Notes: a model not told the origin generated them from the sequence alone. 64,000 nucleotides of DNA from an uncultured Veillonellaceae bacterium (GCA_902801565.1 CADCIX010000006.1:10070-74069), one strand, 5' to 3'. Positions 43,289 through 53,274 are shown, counted from the first letter of the stretch. Made by a program: numbers and translations.

Positions 43289-44068
43289 TCACAAAGTCAT
43301 TTTTTCGTAAAGCGCTTCCGCATTCCGCGTTGTCCGGGCAGCAACTTCCTCCAGACCCATTTCCCAGATCTCCGCCACCTTTTCCGCCACATAGCGCACA
43401 TAGGCGGGCTCGTTGCGCTTGCCGCGCATGGGAGTGGGGGCCATGTAGGGGGAATCCGTTTCCACCAGCACCATGTCCTTCGGGGCCTGACGGAGGATTT
43501 CCGGAAGCTTGGCCGCATTCTTGAAAGTCAATGGGCCATCCACGCCAATGAACCAGCCCATGCGAAAGATTTCCCGAGCCATCTCCCAACTGCCCGAAAA
43601 GCAATGGAGAACACCGCGAAGCCCCTTCCCTTCCCGCTTCAGGATTTCCAGCACATCCCCATGGGCATCCCGGTCATGGATGCAAACGGGCAGATGAAGC
43701 TGCCGCGCCAGATCGAGCTGGCGAAGGAACACCCTTTGCTGCAGCTGGCGTTTTTCTGCATCCTTTTCCCAATAGTAGTCCAGCCCGATCTCGCCGATGG
43801 CCACGACCTTGGGATGCTTTGCCCATGCCGCCAGCTGGTCGATATCCTTCTCCGAAAGCTCATGGGCTTCCTCCGGATGGATGCCCACGGCGGCAAAGAG
43901 GCCCTCATGGGAGTCTGCCATTTCTGCAACCAAAGCCGAGGATTCCATTGTATCCCCCATATTGATGATGCGGTTCACGCCGTGCTCCCTTGCCCGTGCA
44001 ATGACCTCTTCCACATCGTCTGCGAATTTCCCATCGTTCAGATGGGCATGGGTATCCACGAATTCCAT
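43289..44068 (-). CDS. tatD: TatD-family metal-dependent hydrolase (YabD)
   Basis: FVDTHAHLND...GEIGLDYYW...IHDRDAH...HCFSG...ETDSPY are canonical TatD motifs. Confidence 0.92.
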   Translation of the reverse strand: MEFVDTHAHLNDGKFADDVEEVIARAREHGVNRIINMGDTMESSALVAEMADSHEGLFAAVGIHPEEAHELSEKDIDQLAAWAKHPKVVAIGEIGLDYYWEKDAEKRQLQQRVFLRQLDLARQLHLPVCIHDRDAHGDVLEILKREGKGLRGVLHCFSGSWEMAREIFRMGWFIGVDGPLTFKNAAKLPEILRQAPKDMVLVETDSPYMAPTPMRGKRNEPAYVRYVAEKVAEIWEMGLEEVAARTTRNAEALYEKMTL

Positions 44069-46008
44069 CAGCGCACCTGGCTTCCCACGGGCATATCCAC
44101 GTCCAGAAGCTTCATGTCATCGCCATGGGAAGCCGCCAGCACCATGCCATGGGAGACAATGCCGCGGATTTTCGCGGACTTCAGGTTGATGACCATGACC
44201 ACATTCTTGCCGATAAGTTCCTCCGGTGTATAGTGCCGGGCGATTCCCGATACGATCTCACGCTCCTCGTCGCCGAGATCCACCGTGAGCTTCAACAGTT
44301 TCTCCGTCTTTGGCACCGGCTCTGCCGCCAGCACTTTCACCACCCGCAGATGGATCTTGGAGAACTCCTCCATGGTGATCTCAGGATGCTCCTCCTTCTT
44401 TGCATCGGCCTTTGCCTTCTCCTTCTTTCCGGCTGCCTTCTGCTGCCTGGCAGGCGCCTCCTCTTTCTCCAGTTCAATGCGCGGGAAAAGCTGTTCCGGC
44501 ACACCAACCTTCAGATCGCCGGGGGTTCCGCCCCACTCCTGGATGTCCGAAAGCTGTACCCCGGAAAACTCCTTCGGCAGCCCAAGCTGCTTCCAGATGC
44601 GCTCCGCTGTTACAGGCATGTAGGGGGAAATGAGCACGCTGATGATGCGCAGGCTCTCCACAAGATTGTACATGGTGTTGGCAAGCTCCTGCTTCCTGCC
44701 GGCATCCTTCGCCAGCACCCAGGGAGCCGTCTCGTCGATGTACTTGTTGGCGCGGCTGACAAAGGCCCAGACCTTCTTGATGGCACTGCTCAGCTGCATT
44801 GCCTCCATCTCTTCCCCGTAGGCCTTCACGGTCTCCATGGCATCTGCCTTGAGGGACGCGTCAATCCCGCTCTCTCCCTGCGGCGGGATCAGGCTTCCCT
44901 GCTGGAACTTGCCGATCATATTGAGGGTACGGTGCAGGAGATTGCCAAGGTCATTGGCAAGGTCGGAATTGATGCGGGTGATGAGGGCATCCCGCGAGAA
45001 ATTGCCGTCCTGCCCCAGATTGATCTCCCTGAGCAGGAAATAGCGGATGGCATCGGCACTGAATTCCTCGATGAGCGCAAGAGGATCCACCACATTGCCC
45101 TTGGACTTCGACATCTTGTCGCCGCCCACGATGAGCCATCCATGCCCGTAGATCATCTTCGGCAGAGGAAGCTCCAGGGCCATGAGGATGCAGGGCCAGA
45201 TGATGGAATGGAAACGCACGATTTCCTTGCCCACCAGGTGAAGGTCCGCCGGCCAATACTTGTCGAATTTTTCCTTGTCGTCCAGGAACCCGATGGGCGT
45301 GATGTAGTTCGTCAGGGCGTCAAACCAGACATAAATCACATGTTTCGTATCGATGGGAACGGGAATCCCCCAGTCGAAAGAGGTCCTGGAGATGCAAAGA
45401 TCCTCCAGGCCCTGTTTGATGAAATTGATCATCTCATTGCGGCGGGAGACGGGCTGGATGAAATCGGGATTCGCCTCGATGTATTCCAGCACCTTGTCCG
45501 CATATTTGGACATCTTGAAGAAATAGGCTTCCTCCGAGACCTCCTGTACCGGACGATGGCAGTCAGGGCAGCAGCCGTTCTCATCGAGCTGGTGCTCCGT
45601 CCAATAGCTCTCGCAGGGTGTGCAGTAAAGCCCTTTATAGGAACCCTTGTAGATGTCCCCTTTCTCATAGATGCGACGGAACACTTCCTGCACCACGCGC
45701 TGATGGCGCTCCTCCGTGGTGCGGATGAAATCATCGTTGGAAATATGGAGTTCCTTCCAGAGGTTCTGGAACCCTGCCACTATCCCATCCACATACTCGA
45801 TGGGAGTGACCCCTGCCGCCTCCGCCGTCTGCTGGATTTTCTGCCCATGCTCGTCGGAGCCAGTGAGAAAGAACACATCATATCCCGCAAGGCGCTTGAA
45901 ACGGGCAATGGCATCGGCTATGGTGGTGCAATAAGCATGCCCGATGTGCAGCTTTGCACTGGGGTAATAAATCGGTGTAGTGATATAAAACGGTTTCTTC
46001 TTTTCCAC
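44068..46008 (-). CDS. metG: Methionine--tRNA ligase with C-terminal tRNA-binding (Trbp111-like) domain
   Basis: YYPSAKLHIGHAY (HIGH), KMSKSKGN (KMSKS), a CPDC zinc knuckle, and a C-terminal LRVVKVLAAEPVP... Confidence 0.95.
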   Translation of the reverse strand: MEKKKPFYITTPIYYPSAKLHIGHAYCTTIADAIARFKRLAGYDVFFLTGSDEHGQKIQQTAEAAGVTPIEYVDGIVAGFQNLWKELHISNDDFIRTTEERHQRVVQEVFRRIYEKGDIYKGSYKGLYCTPCESYWTEHQLDENGCCPDCHRPVQEVSEEAYFFKMSKYADKVLEYIEANPDFIQPVSRRNEMINFIKQGLEDLCISRTSFDWGIPVPIDTKHVIYVWFDALTNYITPIGFLDDKEKFDKYWPADLHLVGKEIVRFHSIIWPCILMALELPLPKMIYGHGWLIVGGDKMSKSKGNVVDPLALIEEFSADAIRYFLLREINLGQDGNFSRDALITRINSDLANDLGNLLHRTLNMIGKFQQGSLIPPQGESGIDASLKADAMETVKAYGEEMEAMQLSSAIKKVWAFVSRANKYIDETAPWVLAKDAGRKQELANTMYNLVESLRIISVLISPYMPVTAERIWKQLGLPKEFSGVQLSDIQEWGGTPGDLKVGVPEQLFPRIELEKEEAPARQQKAAGKKEKAKADAKKEEHPEITMEEFSKIHLRVVKVLAAEPVPKTEKLLKLTVDLGDEEREIVSGIARHYTPEELIGKNVVMVINLKSAKIRGIVSHGMVLAASHGDDMKLLDVDMPVGSQVR

Positions 46009-46020
46009 GAAAATGCCTCC

Positions 46021-46905
46021 TCATATATTGCAATTGGGATTCTGCCGCTCCAAAAGTGCCGTATAGACATCCCTGCGGCTGATGCCCAATTTCTTTGCCG
46101 CTTCCCTCATGGCCTCTTTCTTGTCCTTGCCCTGGGCCAAAAATTGTTCGTACAATTCTATAGGATTTTCCGACGCCTCAGGTGGGCCCTGGCCATTTTC
46201 CCTTGCACCTTCCACCACAAGGACAAACTCACCCCTCGGCTCGTTCATCCCATAATAAAGCAAATGCTCCCCAAGGGAGCCTCTGCGGAACTCCTCAAAC
46301 TTCTTCGTGAGTTCCCTGCCGATGGCCGCCCGACGGGACTCCCCCAGAACCGCAGCAAGTTCCTTCAACGTTGCCTTGAGGTGATGAGGCGCCTCATAGA
46401 AGATAAGGGTTTCCTCCCGCACCTTCACCTTTTCCAGCAGTTCCCGCCGCTTTTTCGCCGTCCTGGGCAAAAAGCCCACAAAGGTGAACATGGAGGTATC
46501 CAGTCCGGAACAGATCAATGCGGAAAGAGCCGCATTCGCACCGGGAAGAGCCGTGACCCTGATCCCGGCCTCGATGGCCAGCGCTGCCAAATGGCTGCCG
46601 GGATCGCAGATTCCGGGAAGCCCCGCATCGCTGACGCAGACGAGATCCTTGCCGGAAAGCAGGTACTCGATGAGTTCCGGCCCCTTCTCCAGCTTGTTGT
46701 GCTCATGGTAGCTCGTCAGCCGCGTATGGATATCAAAATGAGCCAGAAGCTGCCGCGTATGCCGCGTGTCCTCCGCAGCGATGAGCTCTGTCTCCGACAG
46801 GATGCGAACGCATCGATAGGTCATGTCCTCCAGATTGCCGATGGGCGTTGCCGCAAGATAAAGGGTCCCTGCCTGCTTTCCTTCCATTTCATCCATCGCA
46901 TTCAT
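46021..46905 (-). CDS. rsmI: 16S rRNA (cytidine1402-2'-O)-methyltransferase
   Basis: GTLYLAATPIGNLEDMTYR...GLPGISDPG-type pattern. The start is one of the ATGs at 46905, 46896 or 46887. Confidence 0.9.
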   Translation of the reverse strand: MNAMDEMEGKQAGTLYLAATPIGNLEDMTYRCVRILSETELIAAEDTRHTRQLLAHFDIHTRLTSYHEHNKLEKGPELIEYLLSGKDLVCVSDAGLPGICDPGSHLAALAIEAGIRVTALPGANAALSALICSGLDTSMFTFVGFLPRTAKKRRELLEKVKVREETLIFYEAPHHLKATLKELAAVLGESRRAAIGRELTKKFEEFRRGSLGEHLLYYGMNEPRGEFVLVVEGARENGQGPPEASENPIELYEQFLAQGKDKKEAMREAAKKLGISRRDVYTALLERQNPNCNI

Positions 46906-47632
46906 AGATCCGCAAAATCTCCTCCGTATACCCGCCATCCGCCCCATGCACAATGAGGGGCGGCAGTACCTTCAGCCCGCCGGGGGCTGCCCCCACCACG
47001 GCCTCCACCAGCATCATATTGGGTGCCTTCCCTTCCTTCGGCTGGATCATCCGAAGGCGCTTCGCCTCCATCTGATGTGCATGGAGGGAAACCATGATTT
47101 CCCCCAGACGCTCCGGCAGATGCACCATGGCAAAGGTGCCGCGAAAACGCAAGGCATAGCGGGCTGCCGCCACAACGTCCTCCAGTGTTGCCGTAAACTC
47201 ATGCCTTGCGCGGGCCACGCCATCCCGAAGGTTGGTATTGCCCTGGGTCACAGGACGATAGGGGGGATTTGCCAGCACCACATCAAAGGTTTCCGGCGGA
47301 TACAGCTCCCGTATCTTCCGAAAATCCCCCTCGCAAATGGAAATCCTGTCCTCCAGATCATTGAGGCACACATTGCGCCTCGCAAGATCTGCCGTGACAG
47401 GATTCAGCTCGACCGCGTCCACATGAGCCACCTCGTCAACGATAATCAAGGGGATCACCCCCGTCCCCGTGCCGAGCTCCAGCACCCTCTGCCTCTTCTT
47501 CCAGCGGGGAAAATGAGCCAGCAGCACGGCATCCAGGGAAAAACAGAACTCCTGCGTATTCTGGATGATCTGCCGCCCGCTCCGCATCAGATCATCCAGC
47601 CGTTCAAAGGCCTTCAGCTCAACCAGACTCAC
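46889..47632 (-). CDS. SAM-dependent methyltransferase, YabB / tRNA1(Val) m6A37 (TrmN6)-like
   Basis: LELGTGTGVIPL (SAM motif I) and LANPPYRP (NPPY). Occupies the position of yabB in Bacillus synteny. Confidence 0.8.
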   Translation of the reverse strand: MSLVELKAFERLDDLMRSGRQIIQNTQEFCFSLDAVLLAHFPRWKKRQRVLELGTGTGVIPLIIVDEVAHVDAVELNPVTADLARRNVCLNDLEDRISICEGDFRKIRELYPPETFDVVLANPPYRPVTQGNTNLRDGVARARHEFTATLEDVVAAARYALRFRGTFAMVHLPERLGEIMVSLHAHQMEAKRLRMIQPKEGKAPNMMLVEAVVGAAPGGLKVLPPLIVHGADGGYTEEILRIYECDG

Positions 47633-48870
47633 TCGCTGCTTTTTTCCTTCCCAACATCGGCGAAGGGCTTGCCATAGCCGCCATGATTATTCGTATTGAT
47701 GCCGGTATTCCCCTCATTTCGATGCTCCTTCTGGTTTTTGGGACGCCTGCTGCGGTTGCGCCTGTTATGGGATTCGCGGGCGGCCTCGTTCCCTTCCTTG
47801 CCCTCCCGCTTCTCCTTGCGCCCTTTGCGCTGGTCCCTGGGCTCCCTATGTTCCTTGCCGTCCTTGGCATCCTTATGTCCACGATCCTTCCGTCCCTTTG
47901 CACCGGAACGCTCTCCTCGTCCGCTACGACGATGGGAGTTTTCTTCACCGCCGTTATGGTGCTTGCCGTCTTCCCGGGCACGCCGTTCCGTTCCCTTTTT
48001 CTCCTCGCTCCGGGAAGCATTTTCTGCGCCGGCCTCTTCTTCCTCCTTCTCGACAACATCCTCCCAGGATGCCACGATGGTCTTGCCATCATCGAGAAGA
48101 ATCGTAGCCGTACGCCGCTGCGTGTTGACCGAAATGACCTTTCCTGCACCCTCGACAGAAACCACACGGCTTCCCTGTTTCGGCTCCTGCACCACGGGCT
48201 TCTTGTGGCACGCCTCCTCATAACAGTCATTTTCATACTTCAGGCAGCACAAAAGACGTCCGCAGATGCCGGATATCTTCGTGGGATTCAGGGACAGGTT
48301 CTGCTCCTTTGCCATGCGGATCGATACCGGCTCAAAATCCCCCAGGAACGAGGCGCAGCACAAGGGGCGCCCGCAACAGCCGATGCCGCCCATGAGCTTT
48401 GCCTCATCCCTGACGCCGATCTGCCGCAGTTCGATGCGGGTACGGAAGACAGAAGCAAGATCCTTCACCAGTTCCCGAAAATCGATGCGCCCATCCGCCG
48501 TGAAATAAAAGACGATCTTGTTCATGTCAAAGGTGTACTCTACATCCACCAGCTTCATGGGAAGCTGATGTTCTGCAATCTTCCTGCCGCAGATGCCGAA
48601 GGCTTCCTTTTCCCGTTCCTTGTTCTCCAGAACCCTTTCCTTGTCCGCCTCGGAGGCCTTGCGCTGCACGATCTTCAGCGGAAGCACCACCGTGTCATCC
48701 TCCACTTCCCGCGGCCCGATGACCGTACGCCCGTACTCAACCCCCCGGGCAGTCTCCACGATGACATCATCACCCTTGGCGATATCCAGCCGTCCCGGGC
48801 TGAAATAATATATCTTCCCCGCTTTCTTGAAGCGGACCCCTATTACTGTCTGCAAAGATCTTTCCCCCAT
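47629..48870 (-). CDS. ricT: PSP1-domain protein RicT/YaaT with a long charged C-terminal extension
   Basis: VIGVRFKKAGKIYYF...GIGCCGRPLCCASFL...GICGRLLCCLKYE are the PSP1 Cys motifs. About 140 extra R/K/E/G-rich residues follow at the C-terminus. Confidence 0.85.
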   Translation of the reverse strand: MGERSLQTVIGVRFKKAGKIYYFSPGRLDIAKGDDVIVETARGVEYGRTVIGPREVEDDTVVLPLKIVQRKASEADKERVLENKEREKEAFGICGRKIAEHQLPMKLVDVEYTFDMNKIVFYFTADGRIDFRELVKDLASVFRTRIELRQIGVRDEAKLMGGIGCCGRPLCCASFLGDFEPVSIRMAKEQNLSLNPTKISGICGRLLCCLKYENDCYEEACHKKPVVQEPKQGSRVVSVEGAGKVISVNTQRRTATILLDDGKTIVASWEDVVEKEEEEAGAENASRSEEKKGTERRAREDGKHHNGGEENSHRRSGRGERSGAKGRKDRGHKDAKDGKEHREPRDQRKGRKEKREGKEGNEAARESHNRRNRSRRPKNQKEHRNEGNTGINTNNHGGYGKPFADVGKEKSSE

Positions 48871-48874
48871 CGTA

Positions 48875-49873
48875 TTATATATCTTTCAATCGAATCAAAA
48901 CGCCTTCCATGAAGAGGCGCAGATTCACGTTGGCCTGCAATCGACACTGGCTTTCCTTCACCAACCGAAGCATCTGGAAAATCCTCCCTTTTGGAAATTC
49001 CGGCAGCATATCCGCCAATTTCCTCTGGATATCCCGTGCATAGATTATCCCGCTGTCATCGCTTTCATAAAGCACCAGCATATCGCGAAGCAGCATGTTG
49101 AGGTACATGAGCCACTCGGAAATCTTTTCCCTGCCTTGTTCCCCCATATCCTTGCCCCGCAACCATATCTTTCCCATGTCCATGGCGCCCAGCCCTTCCA
49201 GGAAAGCCATCGCATCATCCCGCAGCTTCATCCCGTCATTTTCATGAAGAGCCAGGGCGCGTCCCATGCTGCCATCAGAAAGGACCGCCAATTCTTCCGC
49301 CTCCGCCGTGGATATCCCTCGACAGGCCAGCAAGCCTGCAAGTTCATCCATGGGCAGCATGCCAAAAGACACGGGCATGCAACGGGAAATGATGGTATCG
49401 AGAAGCGATGCCCTGGAGCCGGTCACCAGCAGAAAGGTGACCTGTCCTGTCGGCTCCTCCAAGGTCTTCAGCAGACTGTTCTCCGCAGCCTCGTTCATGA
49501 GCTCTGCATCATCGATGACGACTGCCCGCCGATGGGACAGGATTGGCAGACGGGAAGCCTCTGCCTGCATTTCTCGTATCTGCTCAATGCGAATGGCACG
49601 CGCACCCTTCCCCCTGCTCTCCGGACGAACCTCATAGTAATCCGGATGGCTGTCCTGCCTCAGTGCAAGACAGGAAGGGCACTTTCCGCAAGGACCCTCC
49701 GGCTCTCCGCACAACAAAGCAGCGGCAAGCGTCCGGGCTGCCCGGCACTTGCCGACTCCTTCTGGCCCCGTGAAAAGCAAGGCATGGGGAAGCCTTCCCT
49801 CCCGCAGCATCCTCCTCAAACGGGCAATATTCTCCTCGTGTCCGATGATTCCTTTCCAATCGATGTCCATCAC
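48875..49873 (-). CDS. holB: DNA polymerase III subunit delta'
   Basis: RLPHALLFTGPEGVGK...CGKCPSC...SRC pattern, in synteny with yaaR and yaaT. Confidence 0.88.
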   Translation of the reverse strand: MMDIDWKGIIGHEENIARLRRMLREGRLPHALLFTGPEGVGKCRAARTLAAALLCGEPEGPCGKCPSCLALRQDSHPDYYEVRPESRGKGARAIRIEQIREMQAEASRLPILSHRRAVVIDDAELMNEAAENSLLKTLEEPTGQVTFLLVTGSRASLLDTIISRCMPVSFGMLPMDELAGLLACRGISTAEAEELAVLSDGSMGRALALHENDGMKLRDDAMAFLEGLGAMDMGKIWLRGKDMGEQGREKISEWLMYLNMLLRDMLVLYESDDSGIIYARDIQRKLADMLPEFPKGRIFQMLRLVKESQCRLQANVNLRLFMEGVLIRLKDI

Positions 49874-50316
49874 AGGTAAAGGTCCAGCAACATGCCACGG
49901 ATGGCATCATGACTGGCAAGGATATCCAATCGTTTCGCCTGGCCCAGCCGAATCCGTTCTGCCATCTCCTCCAGTTTCTTGTCGATCTTGCGCACCGTCG
50001 TATAGACCTTCTGACGGCCCATGCGATCCCATCCTGCCTGGGTATGCATGTCATACATATGCGAAACAGCTTCCCCGACAAAATTCTTGATGAGGGTACG
50101 ATACTCCTTGAGCTCATCATAGGTCGGTGTCACCGAGAGTTTTGCTCCCTGGGCATCAATCTGCTTCATGAGCTTGTCCAGATGTTCCTGGGAGATTTCC
50201 CCCTCCTGGTCAAAAAGCTCCATGGAGAACTCGGTTCCAGCATCCTGCACAGATCCGCCACTGTCGCGCATCCTAAGGATTGTCGGCCCCTGCGGCGTAA
50301 AATTGCTTATTTTCAT
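49870..50316 (-). CDS. YaaR (DUF327) family protein
   Basis: Size, position upstream of holB, and the pattern ...LKEYR.LIK.F... match YaaR. The start is probably MKISN at 50316. Confidence 0.65.
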   Translation of the reverse strand: MKISNFTPQGPTILRMRDSGGSVQDAGTEFSMELFDQEGEISQEHLDKLMKQIDAQGAKLSVTPTYDELKEYRTLIKNFVGEAVSHMYDMHTQAGWDRMGRQKVYTTVRKIDKKLEEMAERIRLGQAKRLDILASHDAIRGMLLDLYL

Positions 50317-50405
50317 CGCCATTGCTACCACCCGCTTCCAGGCAAACTATAACTTCTCACTAAAGTATAACGCATTGCTCAAATTTCGCCAAGGGCGAAA
50401 TATTC

Positions 50406-50993
50406 TTATTGACGTTTCAACGGGGCTGTCTGTTTGGGATTCCATGGGCGGAAGCCCTCACACTCCATCCCGAACTGCATAAGCACTTTGCCGACGATAT
50501 GCCGCACCTGTTTCTCCACCGTATCTGCGCCATTGTAAAAGGTAAGCACCGGCGGAACAATCACACAGCCGGAATCTGCTGCCTCTTTGAGGTTCCGCAA
50601 ATGTATCCGCGACAAGGGCATCTCCCGCGGCACGAGAACCACCTTGCGCCCCTCCTTCATGCACACATCCGCTGCCCGAAGAAGCAGGTTCGAGGAATAT
50701 CCCGAGGCAATCCCGGCCACAGTCTTCATGCTGCAGGGAATGATAATCATGCCCTCCGTCCGGAAGGAACCGCTGGATATGGCAGCCCCGATATCCCCAT
50801 TGTCATAAACCACATCAGCCATGGCCCGCACTTCATCCATGGAAAGCTCCGTCTCATATCCAAAGGTCGCTTCCGCCCCCTCTGTTACAATGAGATGGCT
50901 TTCCACATCCGGCATCCCCTTCAGAACCCTCAAGAGTTCCATTCCCATGATGGCCCCACTGGCACCTGTTATCCCAACAATCAGCCGCTTCAT
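50406..50993 (-). CDS. ubiX: UbiX-family flavin prenyltransferase
   Basis: MKRLIVGITGASGAIMG...IIPCSMKTVAGIASGYSSNLLLRAADV...VLVPRE. ATG at 50993 follows AAAGGA. The listed 308-aa ORF is an upstream extension. Confidence 0.9.
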   Translation of the reverse strand: MKRLIVGITGASGAIMGMELLRVLKGMPDVESHLIVTEGAEATFGYETELSMDEVRAMADVVYDNGDIGAAISSGSFRTEGMIIIPCSMKTVAGIASGYSSNLLLRAADVCMKEGRKVVLVPREMPLSRIHLRNLKEAADSGCVIVPPVLTFYNGADTVEKQVRHIVGKVLMQFGMECEGFRPWNPKQTAPLKRQ

Positions 50994-51110
50994 TACAATC
51001 CTTTCAACACGATGCCAGCTCCGAGCACGTTCCCACAAGAAAAGTGCTTCACGAGGGCTGGAAATATATGATAAAATACAAACAAAAACCATCAGGAAGG
51101 ATCGAGCCCC

Positions 51111-51878
51111 ATGCTGATTGCCATTGTCACCGGAGCCTCCAGCGGGCTGGGAAGAGAATATGTGCGCACCCTGGACACGCGGGAACTCGACGAGATCTGG
51201 GTCATCGCGCGCCGCAGGGAACGCTTGCAGGCCCTGGCGGAAGAAACGGCCACGCCGCTCCGCATTCTCGCCTGCGACCTCACGGAACCCGCAGTACTCC
51301 GGGCCATCGAGGAAGAACTCGCCGAGAACCATCCCATCGTGAAATATCTCATCAATGCCGCCGGTTTCGGAAAAATCGGAGGTTTTTCTGATATTCCCAC
51401 CGAGGAACTCTGTTCCATGATCGACCTTAACTGCCGCGCAGCCGTCGCCATCACCCAGATGACGCTCCCCTATATCCCTCCCACGGGAAGGATACTCCAG
51501 GTCTGCTCCTGCGCGGCCTTCCAGCCCATCCCTTTCCTGAACGTCTATGCCGCTTCAAAATCATTCCTTCTCCGCTACACCCGTGCCCTTCGCTCCGAGA
51601 TTGCTTCCAGGGGCATCCACGTCACCGCCGTCTGCCCCTACTGGATCGAGGACACGGAATTCATTGCAAAGGCGAAGAACACGAAGAATTCCACCTATAT
51701 CCAGAACTTCCCCTTCCCACAGGAACGGGAAGACGTGGTCCGGCGCTCCCTGCGCGGTGTCGAGAACAACGTGGAAATCGTCACTCCGGGACTGATTCCC
51801 TTCCTGCACCGCATCCTCGCCGGTCTCCTCCCCCACAGCTTCATGATGGCCGCCGGCAAGTTGTTCCACCGTCACTAA
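51111..51878 (+). CDS. Short-chain dehydrogenase/reductase (SDR)
   Basis: IAIVTGASSGLG (TGxxxGxG), NAAG, and YAASKSF (YxxxK). Confidence 0.88.
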   Translation: MLIAIVTGASSGLGREYVRTLDTRELDEIWVIARRRERLQALAEETATPLRILACDLTEPAVLRAIEEELAENHPIVKYLINAAGFGKIGGFSDIPTEELCSMIDLNCRAAVAITQMTLPYIPPTGRILQVCSCAAFQPIPFLNVYAASKSFLLRYTRALRSEIASRGIHVTAVCPYWIEDTEFIAKAKNTKNSTYIQNFPFPQEREDVVRRSLRGVENNVEIVTPGLIPFLHRILAGLLPHSFMMAAGKLFHRH

Positions 51879-51890
51879 TGCAACGGACTC

Positions 51891-52781
51891 TCACGCCGCT
51901 TTCATGAGCATCTGCAGGCGCTGGCGCAAAAGCTCGAAATCCCGCAGTTGCGTCCCAAGGAGCCGGATATCCTCAGCAAAGTCCCCGGTAAGCTCCACCT
52001 CCGGCCCATCCAGGAAAAGCTCATCATCATCATCGCTGTCCTGCCCCTCGCTTGACATGATATGATAATGAGCATCGGCCAGCATGGCAGCCACCTCGTA
52101 GATGCGGTTGGAAAGATGCTCGATACCCTCGGAAAGCTGCCCGGTCTCTCCATTCTCCAACTGTGTCTTGAGGTTCTTGCGTTCCTTGTGCATCTCCTTC
52201 TCGTAAAAAGAGGCAATCCCGGTGAGCAGACGACCGGCCGATCCCACAGAAGCCGCCCTCCGCCCTGCGATGATCTTCACATCATCCCGCAGGCAGAAGC
52301 GATACTTTGCGGAAAAAAGCGTCTGGCTCCCCATCATCCTGTCCACACCAATGATATAGCGCGCCTTTCGAAGCATCCGAAGGACTTCCTTTCTCGGCTG
52401 TTCCCAAAAGGAAATGGGGCGAAACCTGAGGTTCGTCATCCCCCGCTCCTTGCACTCCCGAATCAGGAGATTCGTGTAGGCCAGATGATTGTTGAACACG
52501 TAAACCTCCTCAGTGGGAGGTGTCCTGGCAATCGCCGCAAAGAACTCCTCCGTGGGATGCAGGTCAAACACGAAAAGCTGCTCGCCCGGAACAATCCGGG
52601 ACAAGAACTTCTCCTGCGTCGTTGCGCAAATATAAAAGGCATCCGGATCCGCTTCCTTCACCTCTTCCGTCGAAATGGTCTCGATGGGAATGGCTCCTTC
52701 GAGGAAAGACTCCGTAATCGCCTTGATCTCATCGGCAATGAGCTCATCACTGCCCACCGCCATGAGCCTGAGTTCACGCAT
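51891..52781 (-). CDS. Hypothetical protein (296 aa) with acidic C-terminal segment
   Basis: Long ORF with coding-like composition. No family recognised. Confidence 0.5.
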   Translation of the reverse strand: MRELRLMAVGSDELIADEIKAITESFLEGAIPIETISTEEVKEADPDAFYICATTQEKFLSRIVPGEQLFVFDLHPTEEFFAAIARTPPTEEVYVFNNHLAYTNLLIRECKERGMTNLRFRPISFWEQPRKEVLRMLRKARYIIGVDRMMGSQTLFSAKYRFCLRDDVKIIAGRRAASVGSAGRLLTGIASFYEKEMHKERKNLKTQLENGETGQLSEGIEHLSNRIYEVAAMLADAHYHIMSSEGQDSDDDDELFLDGPEVELTGDFAEDIRLLGTQLRDFELLRQRLQMLMKAA

Positions 52782-52965
52782 TTTCTCCCGTCCTTTCCTG
52801 CTTTATCGTATTAAACTATATTTCTCAACTCCGTACAATCCATTATATAATGATTATAACGCAATTGTTCAGGTTTTTCCACAGGAAAACATCCTCAATT
52901 AGAAGGAATCCCCCTCTCCTTCGCCGAATTTCTATACAAAACTACATCACAAGGAGCGTGTCATC

Positions 52966-53274
52966 ATGAAAACAAAGATTGCCGTCTGGTTCACCCAGAA
53001 AAAATTTGCCGAATCCGTGCCACAGGCCGAGGAATTCCTGGATGCCATCAAGGAAAACGAATGCCCACAGGAACTTCTCGATATCCTCCAAAAAAATCTT
53101 GATGTCCGCATCGCTATCGGCGGCGGTACCATAACAAAAGAAACGGCCTTGAACTTCCTGCAAGAGAAGCTCAAGACCGCTGAAAAACTCATCGCCTTTT
53201 GGGAAGCAAACCCAAAAGACACCAACGCTATTTTCTTTTTCCGCGAATACCACCGCTACATGGAAGAAGGATAG
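52966..53274 (+). CDS. Hypothetical protein (102 aa)
   Basis: AAGGAG lies 9 nt upstream of the ATG. No family recognised. Confidence 0.45.
   Translation: MKTKIAVWFTQKKFAESVPQAEEFLDAIKENECPQELLDILQKNLDVRIAIGGGTITKETALNFLQEKLKTAEKLIAFWEANPKDTNAIFFFREYHRYMEEG

Noticed and set aside
44125-46956. 943-aa plus-strand ORF, plus similar long antisense ORFs: 3185-4858, 22722-24542, 34385-36103, 36245-38008, 58390-60534, 54393-55598, 9526-10656 and 6453-7874.
   Set aside because: Each is the mirror frame of a well-supported minus-strand gene (metG/rsmI, argS, HAD/AhbD, M48, DUF4127, DUF5693, M23, metA, ndh). Their translations are compositionally aberrant and show no recognisable domains.
50994-51332. 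Upstream extensions of several listed ORFs: ubiX to 51332, korD to 18864, DUF4127 to 38224, ndh to 7832, the LytTR regulator to 15948, the DASS transporter to 20248, and TetR to 26481.
   Set aside because: Internal ATG starts with good Shine-Dalgarno sequences give canonical N-termini. The extensions overlap neighbouring genes or promoters and have atypical composition.
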